A stretch of 64,000 bases of DNA from assembly GCA_903900265.1 (NCBI GenBank), contig CAIUMM010000015.1, forward strand, positions 4,036 through 68,035, read 5' to 3'. Within the stretch, counting starts at the first letter, position 1, and the number at the start of each line of letters is the position of its first letter. Positions 23,510-30,433 of this stretch are shown piece after piece. The notes beneath the pieces are model-generated. The model ran no database searches. It was not told the origin of the DNA and saw only the letters and a list, made by a program, of their open reading frames with translations. A program made the position numbers and the translations under genes. The stretch comes from an uncultured Pseudomonadota bacterium. GTDB taxonomy: Bacteria; Myxococcota_A; UBA796; SXON01.

Positions 23510-26296
23510 ATGAAGTCCATCCTCCCCCTTCAGATCAACGGTGCGTTGGTCGAGCTCGCGGTTCACGATCACTGGACCCTCCTTGAAGCCATCCGCTACG
23601 AAGCGCGACTGACTGGCACAAAGCAGGGGTGTGACAAGGGCGATTGTGGGGCTTGTACGGTGCTGGTAGACGGCAAGCCGACCTTGTCGTGTCTGACCTT
23701 GGCGCACGCGTGCACGGACCGGGAGATCTGCACCGTAGAAGGCCTCGCGACGGCGGACGGCCCCGATCCCATCCAGCGTGCGTTCGACGTTTGCGGCGCG
23801 TTGCAGTGCGGCTTTTGCCAACCCGGCATGCTGCTGTCGGCCCGCGCGCTGCTGAACCGCGACCCCCATCCTTCGGACGAGTCCATCCGTACGGCGCTCT
23901 CTGGGAATCTCTGCCGTTGTACCGGGTACACCAAGATTTTTGACGCCGTGCGCCTCGCAGCGAATGGCATCGACCGCCACGTGCCCGTCAAATTCGGGAC
24001 CGCCGCTGAGGGCTTCAACGTCATTGGCGCTCGGATGCGCAAGGCGGACAGCATTCAGAAGGCCACCGGCGAGGCGATCTACGCGGATGACCTCGCGCCC
24101 CCGCGTATGGCGCACGGGAAGATCCTGCGCTCGCCGCACGCACACGCCCGAATTGTATCGATTGACACATCGGCGGCATCGGCGTTGCCCGGTGTTTTTG
24201 CGGTGATGACCGGGGCGGATTTGCCCACCCCGTATTGTGTCATTCCTTGGACGCCCGACGAGACCGCGCTTGCGACCGATAAGGTTCGATACATCGGGGA
24301 GGGTGTCGCCGCGGTCGCTGCGGTGGACGAAGAGACGGCGAACCGCGCGCTCGCTGCCATTGTCGTGGTCTACGATGTGTTGCAGGCGGTGTTGGATCCG
24401 CAGGTCGCGGCTACGCCCGGCTCTCCGCTGATCCACGATGTGGACTGGAAGGGGCGCGAATGGGACTCCAACATCTGCAAGGAGGTCGACCTCGTGTTCG
24501 GCTCGGTCGATGCGGGCTTCGAGGCCTCTGCAGCCGTGACCGACGACGTCTGGTTCTATGAAGGCTCCAATCACGCGGCGATTGAGCCCCACTGCGCGCT
24601 CGCGAGCTGGTCATCGGATGGCCAGCTCACCGTCTGGTCCGCGAGTCAGGTCACGCATTATCTGCACCGGGAGCTCGCCAAGGTCATCGGCATCCCCGAA
24701 GAGAAGGTACGCGTCATTCAGCCGGTGATCGGCGGTGCCTTCGGCGGCAAGTCCGAGCCCTTCGACCTCGAATTCTGCGTGGCTGTCCTGTCGCGCAAGG
24801 CGGGGCGTCCGGTGAAGATCCTCTACACGCGCGAGGAGGTCTTCTACAGCCACCGCGGTCGCCATCCGATGGAGATGCGCTTCAAGGTGGGCTGCGATGC
24901 CGAAGGCAAGGTCAAGGCGGTCGAGAGCGATATCCTCATCGACGGCGGCGCCTACCACTCCTTCGGCTTGGTCACGACCTACTACTCCGGGCAATTGCTC
25001 GCTGGGCCGGTCGCTTTTGAGAACTACCGGTTTCGCTCGCGGCGGGTGTACACCAACAAGCCCTGCTGTGGTCCGAAGCGCGGGCACGGTTCGGTGCAGC
25101 CGCGCTTTGCCTTTGAGTGTGCGTTGGATGATGTCGCGCACAAGTTGAACATCGATCCCATCGAGATCCGACGCCGCAACGCGATGACCTCGGGGCAAAC
25201 CACGGTCAACGGCATGGTGTTGCCGTCGACCGGCTTGCTCGCCTGCCTCGATTCGGTGGCCAAAGCTTCCGGTTGGGACGAGCGGCGCGGCACGCTTGGG
25301 CGCGGCCGCGGGCTTGGCGTCGCCTGCTCGATGTACATCTCGGGCACCGCCTACCCGATCTACCCCAACGACATGCCCCAGTCTGGCGTGTTGCTGCGGG
25401 CGGATCGCAGCGGCAAGATCACCGTGTTCTGCGGCGCCAATGACATCGGTCAGGGCTCCGACGGCATGTTGGCGACGATCGTCGCCGAAGAGACCGGCGT
25501 GCTCCCCGACGACATCGCGGTGATCTCCGGAGATACCGAGCTTACTCCTGTCGACCTCGGTAGCTACAGCTCGCGCGTCACCTACATGTGCGGCCTCGCT
25601 GCGCAGGAGGCGGGCCGCGCGATGCGCGCTCAGATGGTCGCGGCGGTCGCCGCCAAGTGGGGAGTCCCCGACGCTCAGGTCGGCGTGGCGCTTGGATTCT
25701 TGTTTGACCGGGCGGACTCGGGTCGTCAGGTCGGAGCCCGGGAAGCGCTGATCCTCGCCGAAGTGCGTGCGGGTACGCCGCTCTCTGCGGCGGGCGGGTA
25801 CCGCACCCGCAAGGTCGGCGGCGCGTACCGGGGCGGCACCATCGGCGCCTCGCCGGCGTACTCCACCACCGCGCACGTCGCCGAGGTCTCGGTCGATCCC
25901 GACACCGGCATCGTGCGTGTCGAGCGCGTTTGGGCCGCGCATGACTGCGGCCGCGCCCTCAATCCGCAGCTGGTCGAGGGCCAGATCGAAGGCAGCGTCT
26001 ACATGGGCTACGCCGAGGCGTTGATGGAGGCGCACACCTTCGACGAGCGCGGCTTGCACACCGGGCCGAACCTGCTGGACTACCGCATCCCGACCAGCCT
26101 CGAATGTCCGGACTTCTTCGCCAAGATCATCGAGAGCATCGATCCAGGCGGACCCTACGGCGCCAAGGAGGCGGGCGAAGGCCCGTTGCACCCGATCATC
26201 CCGGCGATCGGCAACGCCATCTTCGACGCGGTCGGGGTTCGGATGCGGCGTATGCCCTTCACCCCGGAGCGGGTGCTGGCCGCGATCCGGGGGTAA
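23510..26296 (+). CDS. Molybdopterin-dependent aldehyde oxidoreductase/xanthine dehydrogenase-family enzyme with fused N-terminal 2x[2Fe-2S] domain (MOP-like, no FAD domain)
   Basis: Internal ATG at 23510 (MKSILPLQINGA...). The [2Fe-2S] motifs are CDKGDCGACTV and CGFCQPGMLLSA...GNLCRCTGY. These are followed by the Ald_Xan_dh large-subunit region (GEAIYADDL...HGKILRSPHAHARIVSID ... GGAFGGK ... AKEAGEG). 928 aa. Confidence 0.9.
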   Translation: MKSILPLQINGALVELAVHDHWTLLEAIRYEARLTGTKQGCDKGDCGACTVLVDGKPTLSCLTLAHACTDREICTVEGLATADGPDPIQRAFDVCGALQCGFCQPGMLLSARALLNRDPHPSDESIRTALSGNLCRCTGYTKIFDAVRLAANGIDRHVPVKFGTAAEGFNVIGARMRKADSIQKATGEAIYADDLAPPRMAHGKILRSPHAHARIVSIDTSAASALPGVFAVMTGADLPTPYCVIPWTPDETALATDKVRYIGEGVAAVAAVDEETANRALAAIVVVYDVLQAVLDPQVAATPGSPLIHDVDWKGREWDSNICKEVDLVFGSVDAGFEASAAVTDDVWFYEGSNHAAIEPHCALASWSSDGQLTVWSASQVTHYLHRELAKVIGIPEEKVRVIQPVIGGAFGGKSEPFDLEFCVAVLSRKAGRPVKILYTREEVFYSHRGRHPMEMRFKVGCDAEGKVKAVESDILIDGGAYHSFGLVTTYYSGQLLAGPVAFENYRFRSRRVYTNKPCCGPKRGHGSVQPRFAFECALDDVAHKLNIDPIEIRRRNAMTSGQTTVNGMVLPSTGLLACLDSVAKASGWDERRGTLGRGRGLGVACSMYISGTAYPIYPNDMPQSGVLLRADRSGKITVFCGANDIGQGSDGMLATIVAEETGVLPDDIAVISGDTELTPVDLGSYSSRVTYMCGLAAQEAGRAMRAQMVAAVAAKWGVPDAQVGVALGFLFDRADSGRQVGAREALILAEVRAGTPLSAAGGYRTRKVGGAYRGGTIGASPAYSTTAHVAEVSVDPDTGIVRVERVWAAHDCGRALNPQLVEGQIEGSVYMGYAEALMEAHTFDERGLHTGPNLLDYRIPTSLECPDFFAKIIESIDPGGPYGAKEAGEGPLHPIIPAIGNAIFDAVGVRMRRMPFTPERVLAAIRG

Positions 26297-26455
26297 TACC
26301 GTCGGATCTTGATTCGGATTGTTCCTCGCCTGCGCCCGACGCGTCTGGCTTCGTTGGTTTTCCTCGCCTGCCTCGGCAGGCTTCGTCAAATCCGCCTTGC
26401 CAGCCACGCCGGGCTCTACGGCGATCCACCCATCCGAATCATCGACCGACGGTAT
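26296..26455. repeat. MITE/REP-like intergenic element with 24-bp imperfect terminal inverted repeats, copy B
   Basis: Left end ataccgtcggatcttgattcggat (26296-26319). Right end atccgaatcatcgaccgacggtat (26432-26455). 20 of 24 positions are complementary. There is an internal direct repeat of ttcctcgcctgc. It is homologous to 5157-5287 and begins at the last base of the oxidoreductase stop codon. Confidence 0.75.
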
Positions 26456-26468
26456 AACTTCTCGCTCG

Positions 26469-26498
26469 CCGCAGGGGAGCCACGCGGGCTCCCTGCGG
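26469..26498. terminator. GC-rich hairpin between convergent genes (candidate bidirectional terminator)
   Basis: ccgcaggggagcc-acgcg-ggctccctgcgg forms a 12-bp stem with one bulged G and a 5-nt loop. It lies 8 nt downstream of the lpdA stop. No U-tract, so intrinsic-terminator status is uncertain. Confidence 0.4.
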
Positions 26499-26505
26499 TG
26501 CGGGA

Positions 26506-27912
26506 TCAGACGGCGTTCATCACGTGGATGGCTTCGCCGAGGGCCGCTTTGGCGGCCTCCATGATGCCTTCGCTGAGCGTCGGGTGGGGGTGGATCGAGA
26601 GCCCGATGTCGTTGAGCTCGCACTCCATCTCGACCGCCAGCACGCACTCGCTGATCAAGTCCGACGCGTGCGGTCCGACGATGGTGACGCCGAGGACGCG
26701 GTTGTCCTTCTTGTTGGCGATGACCTTGATGAACCCGTCGGTCTCGTTGGTGGTCAGCGCGCGTCCAATCGCCGCGAAAGGCACCTTGCCGACCTTCAGC
26801 TCGTAGCCCGCGGCCCGCGCCTCGTGCTCCTGCAAGCCGGCCGTCGCGATCTCGGGGTCGGTGAACACCACGGCGGGCACGGTCTTGGCGTCGTTGTAGA
26901 CCTTGTGGCCGGCGATCACCTCGGCGCAGACTTCGCCGTCGTGCGTGGCTTTGTGCGCGAGCATCAGGCCGGTGGTGCAGTCACCGATCGCGTAGAGGCC
27001 AGGCACGCTGGTCTTGAGCTGCTTGTCGGTCTCGACGAAGCGGCCGGTCATCTTGACGCCGGTCTTCTCGAGGTCCACCTGATCGGTGTTCGGGCGGCGT
27101 CCTACGGTGACGAGGATGTAGTCTACGGTGATGGACTTCTCGCCTTCCGGCGTCTTGAACTTCAACACCGCGCCGCCGTCGCCTTCCTCCCAGCCCAGCG
27201 CCTGCGACTTCAGCTGCACGGTGACGCCGGACTTCTTGAGCTTGCGGTCGATGAGCTTGACCACGTCCGGATCAAAGCCCGGCAGCACCTGATCGGCCAT
27301 CTCGATCACCGTCACTTCGCTGCCCAGCTTGCGGTACATGCTGCCCATCTCGAGGCCGATGTACCCGCCGCCGATCACCGCGAGGCGCTTGGGGACTTCG
27401 GTCAACGCCAGCGCCTTCGTGGAGTCCAGGATTCGGGCGTCCTTGAAGGAGAAGCCGGGGACTTCGATGGGGCGCGAGCCGGTGGCGATGACGACGTGGT
27501 CGGCGCTGACGCGCTTCGGGCCGTCCTTGGTCTGGACCTCCAGCTCCTTGGGCCCGACGAAGCGTGCGGCGCCTTCCATCATCTCGACCTTGTTGCCCTT
27601 CAGCAGCGTACGGACACCGCCGGACAGCTTGCCGGTGACGGTGCTTTTCCAGGCCTGAAGCTTGGTCATGTTGACGCGCACGTCCCCGCTGACCTCAATG
27701 CCCATCGCGTCGGCGTGGGCGATCTCTTCCATCCGCTTACCGGCGGTGATCAGCGCCTTGGACGGGATGCAGCCTACGTTCAGGCAGACGCCGCCCCAGT
27801 ACTCCCGCTCGATGACCAAGGTCTTGATTCCAAGCTGGCCGAGGCGGATGGCACAGGGGTAGCCGCCGGGGCCGGCTCCGAGAACGATGGCCTGATAGTG
27901 GGCTGCAGACAT
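26506..27912 (-). CDS. lpdA: Dihydrolipoyl dehydrogenase (E3 component)
   Basis: MSAAHYQAIVLGAGPGGYPCAIRLGQLG...GGVCLNVGCIPSKALI (redox-active disulfide motif) plus NAD and interface domains. ATG at 27912 is preferred over the TTG at 27924 because GGAG lies 6 nt upstream. Confidence 0.93.
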   Translation of the reverse strand: MSAAHYQAIVLGAGPGGYPCAIRLGQLGIKTLVIEREYWGGVCLNVGCIPSKALITAGKRMEEIAHADAMGIEVSGDVRVNMTKLQAWKSTVTGKLSGGVRTLLKGNKVEMMEGAARFVGPKELEVQTKDGPKRVSADHVVIATGSRPIEVPGFSFKDARILDSTKALALTEVPKRLAVIGGGYIGLEMGSMYRKLGSEVTVIEMADQVLPGFDPDVVKLIDRKLKKSGVTVQLKSQALGWEEGDGGAVLKFKTPEGEKSITVDYILVTVGRRPNTDQVDLEKTGVKMTGRFVETDKQLKTSVPGLYAIGDCTTGLMLAHKATHDGEVCAEVIAGHKVYNDAKTVPAVVFTDPEIATAGLQEHEARAAGYELKVGKVPFAAIGRALTTNETDGFIKVIANKKDNRVLGVTIVGPHASDLISECVLAVEMECELNDIGLSIHPHPTLSEGIMEAAKAALGEAIHVMNAV

Positions 27913-27976
27913 GTAGAGCTCCAAGCGTCAGCACGCGGGAGCGTGCATGCGCGCGGGGGGCTTATCGTGTCTATCT

Positions 27977-28012
27977 GCGGTCTGCCCGCGGTCTGCCCGC
28001 GGTCTGCCCGCG
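27977..28012. repeat. 11-bp tandem repeat gcggtctgccc x3 (+gcg)
   Basis: Read directly from the sequence. It lies in the 100-nt spacer between the DUF1015 stop (28013) and the lpdA start. Confidence 0.9.
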
Positions 28013-29224
28013 CTACTCGAGCTCGTGCATCGCGACGGCGTCCCGCAGCTTCGGCTCGAACCACGTGGATTTCGGGGGCATGACCTCGCCCGCATCGGCG
28101 ACGGCGAGCAGCTGGTCCATCGAGGTCGCGTGCAGATGGAACGCGACCGCATGGGAGCCGGAGTCGACGAGCTTCTTCAGCTCCTGCCAGCCGCGAATCC
28201 CGCCGATGAAGTCGATGCGCTTGTCCGTACGTGGATTTTCGATGCCGAGCAGCGGGCGGAGCACGCGATCCTGAAGCATCGACACATCGAGGCGTGCGAC
28301 GGGATCTTCTGGGATGTTCCTTGCCTTGAGTGAGTACCATGTGTTGTTCAGGTACATCGTGTACAGTCCGCGGTCTGCGGGAACCGGCGTGGTCGTCGGC
28401 GTTACGTCAAAGTGCGCGCGTACCGCCGCGAGCAGGGATTCGGGCGTGTGGCCGAACAGGTCTTTGACGGCGCGGTTGTATGCGAGGATCTGCAGCGCCG
28501 AAGCGGGAAAGAGCCCGGCGAGGAACCAGCCGTGACGGCCGGGCTTGCCCGCGCGCATCCGGTGGACGATGGAGGCTGCGGCAGAGCGGTGATGCCCGTC
28601 GGCCACGTAGGTGGCGGGCAGCTCGGCGGCTGCGGCGGTGATCGCCGCGACGTCCGCGGGCGCGGAGACGCGCCACAGCGTGTGCTCCACGTCGTCTTCG
28701 GTGGTCACCTTCCATTCGGGAGCCTGCGCGCTGCAACGGGCGATGAGGCCGTTCAACGCCTCGGTGTCCCGGTACGCCAGAAACACCATGCCGGTCTGGG
28801 CGTTGGAGCCGTCGATGTGCTCGACGCGGTCTTTCTCCTTGTCGGGACGCGTGAACTCATGCTTCTTGATCAGGCCTTCGTCGTACTCCTCGCAGGAGAA
28901 GGTCGCGACCAGACCGACCTGAAAGTGCTCGCCCATCTTTTGGCCGTACAGGTAGTAGCTCTCTTCGGCGTCCTGAATGAGCAGACCCGCGGCCTTCATG
29001 CCATTGTACTCGGTGCGCACCGTGTCGTACGCCAGACGGCTGTGCGAGTCCGTGCCGGCCGGAAGCACCGACTCGGGGCGACTCACGCGCACGAAAGAGC
29101 GGGGATTGTCGCTGACGATCGCGCGGGCTTCTGCCTCGCTCATGACGTCGTAAGGGGGCGCGATAACCTGCGCGGCGACTGCGTTGGGAGCACGAACAGC
29201 ACGAAACGGGCGAATCTTGGACAT
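28013..29224 (-). CDS. DUF1015-family protein
   Basis: Internal ATG at 29224 gives MSKIRPFRAVRAPNAVAAQVIAPPYDVMSEAEAR..., the typical DUF1015 N-terminus. YVADGHHRSAAA motif present. 403 aa. Confidence 0.85.
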   Translation of the reverse strand: MSKIRPFRAVRAPNAVAAQVIAPPYDVMSEAEARAIVSDNPRSFVRVSRPESVLPAGTDSHSRLAYDTVRTEYNGMKAAGLLIQDAEESYYLYGQKMGEHFQVGLVATFSCEEYDEGLIKKHEFTRPDKEKDRVEHIDGSNAQTGMVFLAYRDTEALNGLIARCSAQAPEWKVTTEDDVEHTLWRVSAPADVAAITAAAAELPATYVADGHHRSAAASIVHRMRAGKPGRHGWFLAGLFPASALQILAYNRAVKDLFGHTPESLLAAVRAHFDVTPTTTPVPADRGLYTMYLNNTWYSLKARNIPEDPVARLDVSMLQDRVLRPLLGIENPRTDKRIDFIGGIRGWQELKKLVDSGSHAVAFHLHATSMDQLLAVADAGEVMPPKSTWFEPKLRDAVAMHELE

Positions 29225-29293
29225 CGGATCTCCAGCTTCGCAACCTAACGCAGTGTCCGACCAACATGCCCCGTTCTGCGATAAGCTGAATTC

Positions 29294-30433
29294 ATGCTCT
29301 CGCTCCAAGACGAACTTGCCCTGTTGCCCTTGTTTCAACGGATGCCTCCGGCGGCGATGCGTGCCACCGCGGGGTTGTGGACGCTGCAGGAGCTGCCGAC
29401 CGGCGCGGTGCTGTGGCGAGCAGGCGCTCCGGTGGAGGATGTAGGTATCCTTCTCGGCGGCGACCTCCGCGCCATCGTCAACGAGGTCGAGGTCGGCCGC
29501 GTGCTCCCGGGCGAGCTGATCGGCGAGGCTGCGGGCTTTTTCGTAGGCAGCACGCGTACGGTGTCGCTCGTGGCGCACGGACCTTCCAAGGTCGCGGTGT
29601 TGACGGTCAATTCCCTACGCACGCTGCGTTGGCAACGCAGCCCGCTCTACACTCTGCTGCTGGACGCTGCGTTGACGACGCTCGCCAAGCGCATCCAAAC
29701 CGTGAACCAGAAGATCGCCGGCGGCGCGGTCGGTCGGGAGGCCGCTCCGGTGCGCTCAGAGCCAGCATTGCTCGCCCGTTTGTGGCGCGCGCTGGTGCCG
29801 GGCGGGCCGTCCACGCCGTGTCCGGATCTCGCGCCGCTGCTTCGCGCCCTCCCCGGTCTACAGGACGCGGAGGACGCCGATCTCCAGCCGTTGCTCAGCG
29901 CGTTCGTCGCTGAGCCGATGACCGAAGGCAAGCAGATCTTCCTCGAAGGCGACTCGGCGTCCAGCGCCTTTTTGATCGCGGAGGGTACGGTCGACGTGCT
30001 CCGCAACGTGCGCGGGGACCGCGCCGAGCGCCTCGCCTCGCTGGACGCTGGCGATCTGCTTGGCATCAACACCTTGATTCAGCCCGGGCCACGCACCGCG
30101 AGCTGCGTCGCCGAAGGGCGGGGCTGGCTGTACCGGATGGACGCTTCGGCTTACGAAGCGCTCGATGGCGAGGCGCGCTTGCTGTGGCGGGAGAGCATGT
30201 TGGCGGCGTTGGCCGCGCAGATTCGCCTGTCCAACAACGCGAGCCGTCGGGATGCCGGCCGCCCGCTCCCTGCGACCGCGTTGGCGACCGGCCCGATCGA
30301 GTCCGTCGAGGATTTCGAGTCGATGCTCCGCGCCTCTGGCTTCCTCGAGGGCTTGCCGATGAGCGAGGGCGGACTTGCGGACATCGAAGTCGTGATCACC
30401 GAGGATCAGAAGCGGAATCCCCGTCGTCGTTGA
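29294..30433 (+). CDS. Tandem cyclic-nucleotide-binding (CAP-ED) domain protein
   Basis: 379 aa. Two cNMP-binding-like modules: LFQRMPPAAMRA...GELIGEAAGF and LQPLLSAFVAEPMTEGKQIFLEGDSASSAFLIAEGTVDV...GDLLGINTLIQPGPRTASCVA. No recognisable output domain. Confidence 0.8.
   Translation: MLSLQDELALLPLFQRMPPAAMRATAGLWTLQELPTGAVLWRAGAPVEDVGILLGGDLRAIVNEVEVGRVLPGELIGEAAGFFVGSTRTVSLVAHGPSKVAVLTVNSLRTLRWQRSPLYTLLLDAALTTLAKRIQTVNQKIAGGAVGREAAPVRSEPALLARLWRALVPGGPSTPCPDLAPLLRALPGLQDAEDADLQPLLSAFVAEPMTEGKQIFLEGDSASSAFLIAEGTVDVLRNVRGDRAERLASLDAGDLLGINTLIQPGPRTASCVAEGRGWLYRMDASAYEALDGEARLLWRESMLAALAAQIRLSNNASRRDAGRPLPATALATGPIESVEDFESMLRASGFLEGLPMSEGGLADIEVVITEDQKRNPRRR

Noticed and set aside
24611-26647. 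678-aa minus-strand ORF, and the 5100..5885 minus ORF. Both read through the MITE-like repeats and give similar peptides (NPNQNPTV / NPNQDPTV).
   Set aside because: The shared peptide simply reflects the shared repeat DNA. Both ORFs are Arg/Pro-rich shadows opposite better-supported plus-strand genes.
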